Shown: positions 33,493-43,628, counted from the first letter of the stretch. The stretch is DNA of 57,385 bases from Thermoleophilia bacterium (GCA_039811765.1 JBDHZF010000002.1:1-57385), one strand, 5' to 3'. The notes: generated by a model not told the origin, from the letters alone. A program made the numbers and translations.

Positions 33493-35775
33493 TCACACCA
33501 GCGATTGCGGATCCACGTCGAGGACGACGCGCACGTCGGCGCGGCGACGGTCGCGGTCGGTAGTGCCCAGGAATCGACGTACCGCGGTCGCCACGGACGC
33601 GACGTGATGCGTGCCGACGATCACCTGCGCGCGTTCGCGGTCGTTGATGCGCAGCAGGCGCGCGGGACCGAGCACTGTGCCTGCGTCGAGCTGGCGCATG
33701 CCGTCGGCGATGGCGCGCGCCCAGCGATCGCGCGACGCCTCGTCGCGTGCGCTGACGAGCACGCGAACGATGCGCGAGAACGGCGGGAATCCGTGCTCGG
33801 CTCGCTCGGCGAGCTCGCGCTCGAGGAAGCCGTCCACGTCGTGGGAACGCGCGAACGCGAGGAACGGATGATCGGGGTACCACGTTTGCAGCATGACGCG
33901 CGCGTGCTCGGCGGTTTCGGCGCTGCGACCGGCGCGTCCCGCGAGCTGCGCGACCATGTTGAACGCGCGCTCCTCGGCGCGGAAGTCGGGAATCGCCAGG
34001 CCGGCGTCCGCGTCGATCACCACCGCGAGTTCCACGTCGGGAAAGTCGTGCCCCTTCGCAACCATCTGCGTGCCCACGAGGATCGCCGCGCCCGGCTCGC
34101 CGAACGATTCGAGGATCGTGCTCACTGCGCCGCGCGTGCGAACGGCGTCCGCGTCGAGGCGCAGCACGCGCACCGTGGGCCAGCGCTGTTCAAGCAAGGA
34201 CTCGAGCTGCTCGGTGCCCGCCCCCATGCGCGCGATGTCGGTGGACCGGCACTCCGAGCACTGCTTTGGAACCGGCTCGTCATGGCCGCAGTGGTGACAT
34301 GTCAGTCGCTGACGCGCCGCCGATCGCCCATGGATGACGAGCGACACGTCGCAATGCGGACAGCGAAACGTGTGCCCGCATCCTCGGCAGTGGAGCGCGA
34401 CCGCGTACCCGCGACGGTTGTGCAGCACGATCACCTTGCGGTCGCGACGAAGCGTCGCGTCGATCGCGTCTTGCACGGGAAGCGTGATCGGGTACTCGGA
34501 GGCGTGGTCGCGCAGGTCGACGAGCTGCACGGGAGCGAGGCGCCCGCCACGAGGTCGCTCGCGCATCACGACGTGCCGCTGCACGCCCTTCCAGCTCTCC
34601 GGACGCGGCGTGGCGCTGCCGAGCACGAGCCGCGCGCCTTCGTGCAACGCGCGACGGTAGGCCACTCGCCGCGCGTCGTAGCGCGGGTCGCTGTCCTGCT
34701 TGTAGGAGCCGTCGTGTTCCTCGTCGATCACGATTACGCCGAGCGGGTGCACCGGCGCGAAGATCGCCGATCGCGGCCCCACCACCACGCGGGCCTCCCC
34801 ACGTGCGATGCGTTCGTGCGCCGCTGCGCGCTGCGCCTTCGTCATCGCCGAATGCAGCACTTCCACGATCTCGGGGAAGCGTTGCAGGAACCGGCGGGCG
34901 GTTTGCGGGGTGAGCGCGATCTCCGGGACGAGCACGATCGCGCCGCGCCCTTCCTCGAGCGCGCGCGCGATCACTTCGAGGTACACCTCCGTCTTGCCGG
35001 AGCCGGTGATCCCCACGAGCAGCGTGGCCGGATCCGTCGAGTCCTCGTCGTGCCAACAGCGTTCGACCGCGTCGAGCTGCAGCGGCGTGAGCTGCACGTG
35101 CGGCCCGGCCGCCGCGGCCGCCTTGGCCACCGCCACGATGTCGTTCGCCTCCGGATCGGAATCCGGTTCGCTGGCGAGCTCGTCGAGGAAGCGTTCCTCC
35201 AATGCCAAGACGCCCGCTTCGGCGAGCTTGCCGATCGTCGCGCGCGTGGTGCCGATGCGATCGAGCAACGGTGCGAGCGCGGTCCACGCCATCGGGATCT
35301 GGTCGGCGATCTCGTGCTGGCGCGAGGTGAGATCCACGCCGTCGACGCGATCGACGATGCGGCGCACCGCTTGCTGACGACGTCGGTTCGGAACCGCGCT
35401 GGCACGCGCCTGCGCCGCAAAGCGGGGGCCGACGACTAGCGCGAGCGCGAGCGTGCGCGCGCATCCGTACTGGTCGGCGACCCACTCGGCGAGTTCGACG
35501 AGCGCCGCGGGAACCGGCGGCGCGTCGACCACGCGCGCGACCGGTTTGAGCCGAACCCCCGCCGGTGGTTGCACGTCGAGCGCCTGCACGACGCCAACGC
35601 GCGCCGCGCTTGCGACCGGGATCTCCACGATCGACCCGACGCGAACGTCGCCCGCGAGCGCGTCGGGCAGCTCGTACGTGAACGGTTCGTCGAACGAACG
35701 CGCCGGCACGAGCGGGTACACGGCCACCGCGCTCGAGACGGGTTCGGCGGGCATGTCGAAGAGCACGTCGGTCAC
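33493..35775 (-). CDS. priA: primosomal replication-restart helicase PriA
   Basis: Walker A GITGSGKTEVYLE, DEEHD, and the Cys-rich zinc region CRGCGHTFRCPHCDVSL...CHHCGH...CSECRS. Start GTG 35775 or ATG 35754; the ORF is open to 35895. Confidence 0.9.
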   Translation of the reverse strand: MTDVLFDMPAEPVSSAVAVYPLVPARSFDEPFTYELPDALAGDVRVGSIVEIPVASAARVGVVQALDVQPPAGVRLKPVARVVDAPPVPAALVELAEWVADQYGCARTLALALVVGPRFAAQARASAVPNRRRQQAVRRIVDRVDGVDLTSRQHEIADQIPMAWTALAPLLDRIGTTRATIGKLAEAGVLALEERFLDELASEPDSDPEANDIVAVAKAAAAAGPHVQLTPLQLDAVERCWHDEDSTDPATLLVGITGSGKTEVYLEVIARALEEGRGAIVLVPEIALTPQTARRFLQRFPEIVEVLHSAMTKAQRAAAHERIARGEARVVVGPRSAIFAPVHPLGVIVIDEEHDGSYKQDSDPRYDARRVAYRRALHEGARLVLGSATPRPESWKGVQRHVVMRERPRGGRLAPVQLVDLRDHASEYPITLPVQDAIDATLRRDRKVIVLHNRRGYAVALHCRGCGHTFRCPHCDVSLVIHGRSAARQRLTCHHCGHDEPVPKQCSECRSTDIARMGAGTEQLESLLEQRWPTVRVLRLDADAVRTRGAVSTILESFGEPGAAILVGTQMVAKGHDFPDVELAVVIDADAGLAIPDFRAEERAFNMVAQLAGRAGRSAETAEHARVMLQTWYPDHPFLAFARSHDVDGFLERELAERAEHGFPPFSRIVRVLVSARDEASRDRWARAIADGMRQLDAGTVLGPARLLRINDRERAQVIVGTHHVASVATAVRRFLGTTDRDRRRADVRVVLDVDPQSLV

Positions 35776-35873
35776 TGGCACACGATATCGCGGCGAGCCG
35801 AAGCTGCAACGCGGAGCGGTTCGGACCCGACAATCGGGCGCAGGGAATTCGTGCTTCGGGGGGAGCAACGTCC

Positions 35874-36611
35874 GTGAACATCGGACCATCGGCAAGAGCG
35901 CTTCGATCGATCTTCGACGATCCTCGGATCGCCGCTGTACGGCCGTTGATCGACCGAACTGAAGCGGGACGCGACGTGACGCGACGCCTCGAATCGCTCC
36001 CGGTCAGATTGGCCGAAGCATCCGACGCAGACTTGGCGGCGCACGGGGCGAGCGCGACCTACAACAATCGCACGAAGACGATGACGATCCCGTCGCGGTT
36101 TCTGAACGCCACGGGGTTGCGCAACAAGAAAGCGCTTGCGGACATGGTCCGTCACGAAGGCATGCACCGGATCCAAGACGCGGAGGGCCGCAGCAACGTT
36201 CCTTCTCGTCGATTGGCCACGGCCGGAGCGACCGCTGCGCTCCAAGCCGTGAAGCGCGGCGATGCTCCCGCAGCCGCGTGGCGAGACGCAGTCGACGCGG
36301 CGTCCATGATCGACGAGGGCGAGGCGTATCTCGTGGACTATCACGTGGCCCGCGCGTTGGGCGATGAGATCGCGACGAGGCCTGTCTTGAACCAGCTTCC
36401 CGCGCTCGAACGCCAGCTCGGTCGACCACTTGCAGCGCGGGACGTCGCCATGGTCGTGCGAACCGTCGACGGTTACGCCGCAACGGCCGCGCACGGGCGA
36501 GTCAGAGCGCGCGCGACCACGGAACTTGCCCTCGGAGCAGCAGGCGTCGGAATCGCGGCGACCGGCCTGGCAGCGACCGCCGCAGTCAACCGTGGGCGTC
36601 AGGAACGTTGA
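35874..36611 (+). CDS. HExxHxxQ putative zinc metallopeptidase-like protein with C-terminal TM anchor (paralogue 1; DUF4157-like)
   Basis: GTG 35874 preceded by GGGGGGA. ...TMTIPSRFLNATGLRNKKALADMVRHEGMHRIQD. C-terminal ELALGAAGVGIAATGLAATAAV. Confidence 0.7.
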   Translation: MNIGPSARALRSIFDDPRIAAVRPLIDRTEAGRDVTRRLESLPVRLAEASDADLAAHGASATYNNRTKTMTIPSRFLNATGLRNKKALADMVRHEGMHRIQDAEGRSNVPSRRLATAGATAALQAVKRGDAPAAAWRDAVDAASMIDEGEAYLVDYHVARALGDEIATRPVLNQLPALERQLGRPLAARDVAMVVRTVDGYAATAAHGRVRARATTELALGAAGVGIAATGLAATAAVNRGRQER

Positions 36612-36624
36612 CGCGAAGTAATCC

Positions 36625-37344
36625 GTGCCGATGATCACACGTCAACTCGCATCGATCTTCGACGAGCCTCGCATCGCGGCGATCCGGCCGCTCATCGACC
36701 AAACCTCGATCGGCCGCGAGATCACCGCGCAACTCGAGCGCATGCCCGTGAGCTTGGCGATCCCCGACGCCAGCGACATGCCGCGCGGGTTCACTGCGGC
36801 GTACAACGAGCGGATGAACACGATCGCGGTGCCGAGGCAACTGCTCGACACGACAACGGCGAACGGGCGCGAGGTCCTCGCGCGCGCGATCCGGCACGAA
36901 GGCGTGCATCGAATCCAGCGGGCACGGCCGGGAGGCTTCCCAAGCGTTCCGTCGCTTGCGGTCACGGGAGCTCGCGCAGCGGCACACGCGCTGAGAAGCA
37001 GCGAAAATCCGGTCTCGCACTGGCGAGCCGCGGTGAACGACCGCTGGCTCGCGCTGGAAGGCGAGGCGTATCTCACGGACTATCGAGCGGCGACGCAGCT
37101 CGGAACGAACGTCGACAAGGAACCGATCCTTGCCGAGATTCCCGGCATCGAACGCACGCTCGATCGTCCGCTGAAACCGACGGATCTCGTGCCAACCCTC
37201 TTGGACATCCCGGGATATCGCGACATGGCACGCGTGATGCGTCGGCGCGCGGCCGCGGCGACCGCGTTACCGGTCGCCGGCGCGTCGGCCGTCGTGGCGG
37301 GCGTCGCTACGCTGTCGCCGTCACGCCAGCAACAGCGGCCTTGA
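36625..37344 (+). CDS. HExxHxxQ putative zinc metallopeptidase-like protein with C-terminal TM anchor (paralogue 2)
   Basis: [16 protein letters not shown]... and [14 protein letters not shown] are colinear with paralogue 1. C-terminal [17 protein letters not shown]. The last 38 nt overlap the 3-prime end of convergent metK. Confidence 0.7.
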   Translation: MPMITRQLASIFDEPRIAAIRPLIDQTSIGREITAQLERMPVSLAIPDASDMPRGFTAAYNERMNTIAVPRQLLDTTTANGREVLARAIRHEGVHRIQRARPGGFPSVPSLAVTGARAAAHALRSSENPVSHWRAAVNDRWLALEGEAYLTDYRAATQLGTNVDKEPILAEIPGIERTLDRPLKPTDLVPTLLDIPGYRDMARVMRRRAAAATALPVAGASAVVAGVATLSPSRQQQRP

Positions 37345-38524
37345 GCGCGTCGACCTTGTCGAGCCGCTCCCACGGCAGGTCGAGATCGGGGCGTCCGAAG
37401 TGGCCGTACGCGGCGGTCTGACGATAGATCGGGCGACGCAGGTCGAGGTCGGCGATGATCGCCGCCGGACGCAGGTCGAACACTTCGCGGATGGCAGCCT
37501 CGATGCGGTGATGGTCCACCGTTCCAGTGCCGAACGTGTCGACGAACAAGCTCACTGGGCGAGCGACGCCGATCGCGTACGCGACCTGCACCTCACAGCG
37601 GCTGGCGAGACCGGCGGCGACCACGTTCTTGGCGACCCAGCGCCCGGCGTACGCGGCGCTGCGATCCACCTTCGTCGCGTCCTTGCCGCTGAACGCGCCA
37701 CCACCGTGGCGGGCTGCGCCGCCGTAGGTGTCGACGATGATCTTGCGGCCAGTCAGCCCCGCGTCCGCGTGCGGTCCGCCGAGCACGAACGCGCCCGTGG
37801 GATTCACGTACACGGTGATCGCGTCGCGCCACCATTCGCCGAGCACCGGTTTGATCACGTGCTCCACGACGTCCGTGCGGATGCGATCGGATCCCGCGAG
37901 CGTCTCCCCGTCGTGGGTGCGCGCGTGCTGCGTGCTCACCACGACCGCGTCGACCGCGACCGGACGATGCGATTCGTCGTAGCGAACCGTCACCTGCGCC
38001 TTGCCGTCCGGGCGCAGGTACGGCACGTCGCCGCTGCGCCGCACCTCGGCGAGCCGACGCGTGAGCCCATGCGCGAGCGTGATCGGCAGAGGCATCAACT
38101 CGGGGGTCTCGTCCACCGCGTAGCCGAACATCATGCCTTGGTCACCGGCGCCGTGCTGGTCATGGTCGTCGCCGTCCGATGTTTCGCGAAGTTCCCAGCC
38201 AGTGTCAACGCCCTGCGCGATGTCGGGGGACTGCTCGTCGATTGCCACGAGCACGCCCGCGGTGCGGCCGTCGAAGCCCACCTTCGAGCTGTCGTAGCCG
38301 ATCTGCAGCACTGTGTCGCGCACCACTTGCTGCACGTCGACGTAACTGCTCGTGGTGATCTCGCCGCCAACGACCACGAGACCAGTGGTCACGAAGGTCT
38401 CGCACGCCACGCGCGCGTTGGGGTCCTGCGCGAGGATCGCGTCGAGCACGGAGTCGCTGATCTGGTCGGCGACCTTGTCGGGGTGACCCTCGGTCACCGA
38501 TTCGCTCGTGAATAGGTACTCCAT
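37307..38524 (-). CDS. metK: S-adenosylmethionine synthase
   Basis: 405 aa. [32 protein letters not shown] and [18 protein letters not shown]. Confidence 0.95.
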   Translation of the reverse strand: MEYLFTSESVTEGHPDKVADQISDSVLDAILAQDPNARVACETFVTTGLVVVGGEITTSSYVDVQQVVRDTVLQIGYDSSKVGFDGRTAGVLVAIDEQSPDIAQGVDTGWELRETSDGDDHDQHGAGDQGMMFGYAVDETPELMPLPITLAHGLTRRLAEVRRSGDVPYLRPDGKAQVTVRYDESHRPVAVDAVVVSTQHARTHDGETLAGSDRIRTDVVEHVIKPVLGEWWRDAITVYVNPTGAFVLGGPHADAGLTGRKIIVDTYGGAARHGGGAFSGKDATKVDRSAAYAGRWVAKNVVAAGLASRCEVQVAYAIGVARPVSLFVDTFGTGTVDHHRIEAAIREVFDLRPAAIIADLDLRRPIYRQTAAYGHFGRPDLDLPWERLDKVDALKAAVAGVTATA

Positions 38525-38617
38525 GCGACGGCTCCTTCGTCTGGCGTCGAGCCGCGATCAGCGCGGCACCGGAAATCCTACCAAGTCACTGGAGAAGTCG
38601 CGGCCGCCCCGCTCCCA

Positions 38618-38730
38618 AAACTCGTCGCCAATTTGTTCCAACAAGTCTGCGCAACTGGCGATCAGTCGCGCGCGGTCCGAAACTCGTCGCCAATTTGTTC
38701 CAACAGGTCTGCACAAGTGGCGACGAGTTT
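38618..38730. repeat. two tandem family-C units, period 62 nt; the second is a perfect 13-bp-stem hairpin 5 nt after the lipoprotein stop
   Basis: AAACTCGTCGCCAATTTGTTCCAACA(A/G)GTCTGC... at 38618 and 38680. AAACTCGTCGCCA (38680-38692) pairs with TGGCGACGAGTTT (38718-38730). Confidence 0.75.
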
Positions 38731-38735
38731 GGGGG

Positions 38736-40121
38736 TCAGAGCGCGAGGGCGCTGGCGAAGGATCTCCCGCACGCTGCAGTGGACGAATCGCGCAGCGAGA
38801 CGGTTGCGGAGAGTGTCATCTCACCTTCACCGTCGAACGTGATCCAGCCTGCCGCGGGGCCGGTGCAGCCGGCGATCGAACGCGACCACAACCACGCGAT
38901 CGGTGGGCGTGGCGGAGTGCCTGCGCGCGCGGCGAGCGTGGAGCGTCGGCTCGTCAATGCAAAGTCACGGTCCGCAAGTGGTCCGAGCGGGACGACCACG
39001 TCCAAGGTGCCCTGGTCGGTGGACGTGGCACGTGCGGTCACCCCCGCGAGCCGGAGCGCGGCGCGCACGTCCTCGACCGAGTCGCCCGCGCCGTCGACGA
39101 CAAGCTCGAGCTCGCGTCGATTCCACGCCACTGTCGACGGTCCGTCGAACTGATCGAGCACGCCTTCGAGATCGATCGGATGCTCGTCCTTCGGCACGTC
39201 CTGCGCGGTTGCGTACTGGCCGTTGCGGCGCGTGATGCCCGTGACGATCGCGCTCAAGTGCTGGCCGATGCCGTCAACCGCCACGATCGAGTCCGCGGCG
39301 ATCGAGATCGAGTCGAGCTGCTTCGAAGTGGCATGCCCCCAATCCACGTCGGGCGACAGGTCGGGCACCCACTCGACGTTGCCGACGACGGTGGCGCGAC
39401 CGCCGTCCTCGCTCGTGCCTGCGACGCCGACCCATCCGTCGCGCGTGGCGATCAGATCGTCGCTGTCGGTGGCCCAGCGCGCGAACTCCAGCAGCGCGGG
39501 ATCGTCTTGGAACGGTCGCCGTGCCTGCGTGCGGATCAGATCGAAACGGAACACCGCCGCGAACGGCGCCTTCGTCGCCGCCTCTGCGGCGTACTCGCGC
39601 ATCGCCTTGCGATCGGGAACGGCATAGGCGTCGGCGGCCTTCACGAACGCGTCGAGCCCAGCTTTCGATCGCGCGACGAGCACGCCATCGTCGTACGCTT
39701 TGACCGCGCGGCCGCCCTCGGAGAGCGTGGGCAACGCCTCTTCCAGCGCGTCGCGATCGCGCACGTCCGCGAACCAGATCCGATCGTCCGCCACGTGCTC
39801 GCTCGGCGACGGCAATTGGCGAATGGCAACTCCCGCGTGATCCCCGATCCACGGCTTCGCGTCCGTGGCGTCGATGCCCACCTCGTCGTACAACGCATCG
39901 CGCATCGAACCGTCCACGGACGTGTCGACCAGCGTGAAACCGAGCACGTCGGCGGTCAGGTACGTCAACGAGGGCGGCATCGCCTTCGGCGCGCGCTCGA
40001 GTCGCGTCGCGCCCGGAGCGGCACAGCCAGCGAGCGTGAACCCGATCACAGCAACGGTGAACACCACTACGAGCGCTCGCAGCGCTCGTAGTGGGCAGGT
40101 GAACGAAGTCGGGGCGGACAC
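38736..40121 (-). CDS. lipoprotein, DUF3352-like (paralogue 1)
   Basis: 461 aa. Signal peptide plus lipobox VIGFTLAGCAAPG. No enzymatic motif. Confidence 0.7.
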   Translation of the reverse strand: MSAPTSFTCPLRALRALVVVFTVAVIGFTLAGCAAPGATRLERAPKAMPPSLTYLTADVLGFTLVDTSVDGSMRDALYDEVGIDATDAKPWIGDHAGVAIRQLPSPSEHVADDRIWFADVRDRDALEEALPTLSEGGRAVKAYDDGVLVARSKAGLDAFVKAADAYAVPDRKAMREYAAEAATKAPFAAVFRFDLIRTQARRPFQDDPALLEFARWATDSDDLIATRDGWVGVAGTSEDGGRATVVGNVEWVPDLSPDVDWGHATSKQLDSISIAADSIVAVDGIGQHLSAIVTGITRRNGQYATAQDVPKDEHPIDLEGVLDQFDGPSTVAWNRRELELVVDGAGDSVEDVRAALRLAGVTARATSTDQGTLDVVVPLGPLADRDFALTSRRSTLAARAGTPPRPPIAWLWSRSIAGCTGPAAGWITFDGEGEMTLSATVSLRDSSTAACGRSFASALAL

Positions 40122-40182
40122 GGCAGCCGGAGAATACCGGCACCGGGTCCGCCCCGCATCGACTTCGCAGCGAGCGAGTCGC

Positions 40183-41775
40183 TCAGTCCTTGGTCACGTG
40201 CAGGAAGGCGCCGAGGTGCGCATCGCTGTCGTCGCCCTCGATCCAGCCGACCATGCCACCGAGCTTCGCGTCGTCGCTGCCTTCCGCGCCGGCGAGCTTG
40301 GCGACGCGCGCCGCGTCGAGCCACATCGTGCCCCACGTCTCGTCCGGCGCGTCGGCGGCCTTCCATGCGTCCTGGAACGCGTCGCTGTCGCCGAGCGTGT
40401 CCTTGCCCCAACTCGCGAACGGGCTGACGCCGATCGACACCGCGGCGAGATCCTTCGTCGACGCCTCGGTGAGCGGAATGCCGCCCAAGCTCAGCTGGCG
40501 TAGCGTGAACTTGCCAACGGTGGACGTCTTGCCCGCCGCTGCGGCCGTGGTGCTGCCACCGAGCAACCCGCCCACGCTCGTGACGATCTTGCCGAGGGTC
40601 TTCGACGTGTCGCCCGTCTCCTCGAACGCGAGCATGATCGTGCCCGCGCTCAGCAGCGACGTCGGGTCGACCGACGAGAGGCCGCCGCCCCCAGCCGCTC
40701 CGGCCACGCCCGTGGCGAGCGAACCGAGGCCCGCGTCGTCAGCCGAGACGCCGAGCACGAACTCGCCGTCGAGCGTGTCGGCGAGTTCGTCCATCGTCAC
40801 GCCGAGCAGCGCGGTAGCTTGGCCCAGCATCTGCTGGGTGTCGGCGCTGTCCTTGCCCGCGGCGTCGGCCGCGGCCGACAGCTGACCGCCGAGATCGTTG
40901 CCGCTGATCGCCAGCAGCGTGTTGGCGGGCATGTCCTCGAACACCGGATGCTCGGTGTTCTTCAGCTTGTCGTCGCCGTCGCTGATCGCGTGACCGTCCA
41001 CTCGAAAGCCGTCGTCCTGCACGCCCATCGACATCGCGAACGACTTGAAGTCCTTCAGCTGGTCGAGATCGGCGATCTGCTTGAGATCGTCGTCGTTCTT
41101 GGCCGCTGCGCGCAAACCAGCACCGTTGATGACGAGCGTGCCGAGCGCGTCGCCGTCCACTTCGTCGATCGCGTCCTCGACGCCATCGGCGTCGGTGATC
41201 GAATCGCCGTCGTAATTGACGATCGTCTTCAGCATCGCCGAGTCGGTCGTGAGGATCGCGAGATCGTCGGACACGCCGATCACCATGTCTTCGTCGTCTG
41301 CGTTCTTCCACGACTGGAAGTCGCCGACCTTCGCGCCCTTCTCGAAGTCGCGCTTCTTGGCGAACTTCTCGAACGCGGCCTTGTCGGAGACCTCGGCCCA
41401 CACGAAGAAGTCGGCGGCCTCGTCCGACTTGACGTCCAGCAGCGCCGCGCCGGCGTTCTTGCCGAGCCACGGATCGATGTCCTTGGCGTAGTCCACGTCG
41501 TCCTCGTCGTTCGAGGTGGACTTGGCGACTTGGTCCTCGACCGACTTGAAGTCAGGGTCGAGCGCCGTGGCGAGACTCGAGAACTGATCCCAGTTGTCGC
41601 CGCCGAAATCGGTGTCGACGGTGACGTATCCGATCGCCGACTTGGGAACGAAATCGAGCGCGGCGGAGCTCTTGGCGGCCGAGGTGGCCCCCGAACCGGA
41701 GCCGCAACCAGTGGCGACGAGCGCCGATCCAACGATAGCGAGCACGGCGAGACCGCCACGAACCTGCAACTTCAC
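40183..41775 (-). CDS. lipoprotein, DUF3352-like (paralogue 2), Asp-rich
   Basis: GTG 41775 preceded by GAAAGGAA. VKLQVRGGLAVLAIVGSALVATGCGSG (lipobox-like). The track ORF extension to 42474 is antisense to gpsA. Confidence 0.7.
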   Translation of the reverse strand: MKLQVRGGLAVLAIVGSALVATGCGSGSGATSAAKSSAALDFVPKSAIGYVTVDTDFGGDNWDQFSSLATALDPDFKSVEDQVAKSTSNDEDDVDYAKDIDPWLGKNAGAALLDVKSDEAADFFVWAEVSDKAAFEKFAKKRDFEKGAKVGDFQSWKNADDEDMVIGVSDDLAILTTDSAMLKTIVNYDGDSITDADGVEDAIDEVDGDALGTLVINGAGLRAAAKNDDDLKQIADLDQLKDFKSFAMSMGVQDDGFRVDGHAISDGDDKLKNTEHPVFEDMPANTLLAISGNDLGGQLSAAADAAGKDSADTQQMLGQATALLGVTMDELADTLDGEFVLGVSADDAGLGSLATGVAGAAGGGGLSSVDPTSLLSAGTIMLAFEETGDTSKTLGKIVTSVGGLLGGSTTAAAAGKTSTVGKFTLRQLSLGGIPLTEASTKDLAAVSIGVSPFASWGKDTLGDSDAFQDAWKAADAPDETWGTMWLDAARVAKLAGAEGSDDAKLGGMVGWIEGDDSDAHLGAFLHVTKD

Positions 41776-41837
41776 GAGAGCGTTCCTTTCATCGAACCAC
41801 GAGTCGAACGTGAATCTAGCAGGACGAGATCGGGGCG

Positions 41838-42869
41838 TCACCCGACGATGTCGCGATCGTCGGAGAATTCGCGTCCTGGTGGTCGCGACATCATGCGGCG
41901 CACCATCTCCGGCAGCGGCACGTCGTGCGCGACGACCTGCGCGACCGCCTCGCAGATGTGCATCTCGATGCCGGCCGCGACCGCCATCTCCTGCACGATC
42001 GGCGCAGTGCGCATCCCCTCCACGACTTGCCCGATGCGCTCGCGAATCTCCGCGGGCTGGCAACCCTCGGCGAGCAGGCGACCCGCCCGATGGTTGCGCG
42101 AGTGCGGGCTGCGACACGTCACCATCAGATCGCCGACGCCGGCGAGCCCGAGATACGTCTGCAGCTTGGCGCCGTGGGCGATCCCGAGCCGGGTCATCTC
42201 GCCGAGGCCGCGCGTCATCATCGCGGCGACGGCGTTGTCGCCGAGGCCGGTCCCCTCGAGCACGCCCGCGGCGATCGCGACCACGTTCTTGGACGCGCCC
42301 GCGAGCTCGACGCCGACGATGTCGTCGTGCGCGTACACGCGGAAGGCGAAGCCGTTGACCACGTTCTGCACGGCGAGCACGGCGGCCTCGCTCGTGCCGG
42401 CGACGACCGCTGCGGTGGGCAGGTCGAGCATCATCTCGCGAGCGATGTTCGGGCCAGACAGCGTGACGTAGCAATCGGGCTGGAGGAATTCCGCGGCGAC
42501 TTGGCTGAGGCGTCGACCGCTCGGATCAAGCCCCTTGCCGAGCGACAGAAACAGCGGCGCGCGATCGGCGAAGCGCTCCACGGTCTGCGCGAAGGCGCTG
42601 GTGGGGACGGCGAGCACGATGGCGTCCCACGTCTCCTGCGCAGCCTCGTCCACCGTGGTGATGCGCGTGTCATGCGGGAATTCGATGCCCGGGAAGTAGC
42701 GCTCGTTCGTGTTCGACTCGCGCATCGCGGACGCATGCTCATCGCTGCGTGCCGCAAGCGTGAGCTGCACCGGGCGCGGGCCGAGGATGCGCGCCATCGC
42801 GGTGCCGAACGATCCAGCGCCCACGACCAGCCACCGTGGCTGCCCTTGCGATGCGTGCGAAGTTCCCAT
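41838..42869 (-). CDS. gpsA: NAD(P)H-dependent glycerol-3-phosphate dehydrogenase
   Basis: ATG 42869. VVGAGSFGTAMA Rossmann loop, GPNIAREM, and GASKNVVAIAAG...GLGDN. Confidence 0.9.
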   Translation of the reverse strand: MGTSHASQGQPRWLVVGAGSFGTAMARILGPRPVQLTLAARSDEHASAMRESNTNERYFPGIEFPHDTRITTVDEAAQETWDAIVLAVPTSAFAQTVERFADRAPLFLSLGKGLDPSGRRLSQVAAEFLQPDCYVTLSGPNIAREMMLDLPTAAVVAGTSEAAVLAVQNVVNGFAFRVYAHDDIVGVELAGASKNVVAIAAGVLEGTGLGDNAVAAMMTRGLGEMTRLGIAHGAKLQTYLGLAGVGDLMVTCRSPHSRNHRAGRLLAEGCQPAEIRERIGQVVEGMRTAPIVQEMAVAAGIEMHICEAVAQVVAHDVPLPEMVRRMMSRPPGREFSDDRDIVG

Positions 42870-42963
42870 CGACACGGACCCTACCGGAGCGCCTGTCGCA
42901 GATAGCCGCGTCGTCACCACGCCGCGCCACTCCGCCGATTCATTGCACAGTGAATCCGACCCT

Positions 42964-43545
42964 CTACCCGACGAATTCGCTCGATCGTTGTAGGTTCGGC
43001 CACACGAAGTCTGGTTCGTCTCGAGGGACTCCCATCGAACCGAGCGTGTAGACGATTGATTCCTCGATGCCGACGCGCTGGAAGAACTCCAGGAACTTGT
43101 CCTCCATCGGACCGCGCGAGCCGACGCTGCCCGAAAGCGCGAGTTGCACCGCGGCACGCAACGTCGCATTGCCTGGAGCTCCACGGTGCGCCTCGACGTA
43201 CTCGGCGACTTCCGGGATCTCGACGCGCTTCTGGTACACGAGTCGATCGAGCACGAACGCCAGCTGCCACTTCGTGTGGTCGATCGCCATCGTGGCAAGC
43301 AACCTGCACGGATCGGCGACCGGAATCGGACCTGCGCGAAGCACCGTATCCGGCAGCCAGAGTTCCTTCGCGCACGAGAACACGAAGCCATCCGCGCGTT
43401 TGGGACGGGTCGTGCCGGGCGTGCTGGCGTGAACTATCGTGCAGCGTCGATTCCACGAGTCGAGCAACGAACGACGGTAGACGACGCCCAAGGTGGGCGC
43501 CGCAAGCTGCAGGATCAGGGAATCGATGGAACGTCCGCGTGGCAT
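42964..43545 (-). CDS. DUF559-family protein fragment (the endonuclease core is truncated after ...PDFVWPN); probable pseudogene
   Basis: 193 aa. Colinear with the middle of 5113-6129 (LRAAVQLAL / MEDKFLEFF / PDFVW versus LRAALRAYI / LEDDVKLYL / YRLDLAY). It ends before the conserved E-x-DG / H block. Confidence 0.5.
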   Translation of the reverse strand: MPRGRSIDSLILQLAAPTLGVVYRRSLLDSWNRRCTIVHASTPGTTRPKRADGFVFSCAKELWLPDTVLRAGPIPVADPCRLLATMAIDHTKWQLAFVLDRLVYQKRVEIPEVAEYVEAHRGAPGNATLRAAVQLALSGSVGSRGPMEDKFLEFFQRVGIEESIVYTLGSMGVPRDEPDFVWPNLQRSSEFVG

Positions 43546-43628
43546 GCACGTATCGTCACCATCGAAGTGTCACGCGTTGTGCGCACTTTGTGCCAAGAGC
43601 GTCACAAGAGTCGCACGGAAGTGTCACG
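43546..43628 (-). promoter_or_regulatory. conserved 83-nt leader of DUF559 cassette 2
   Basis: See 6130-6212: 57/83 identical and the same distance to the ATG. Confidence 0.5.

Noticed and set aside
38525-38617. SAM riboswitch upstream of metK
   Set aside because: No SAM-I or SAM-IV consensus is recognisable in the 210-nt leader. The conspicuous structures there are the family-C repeats. A TGgTAGGAT extended -10-like box is the only promoter-like feature.
41776-42474. 233-codon N-terminal extension of the second lipoprotein ORF
   Set aside because: It is antisense to gpsA with an Arg/Asp-rich nonsense-like sequence. GTG 41775 with a GAAAGGAA RBS gives a proper signal peptide and lipobox.
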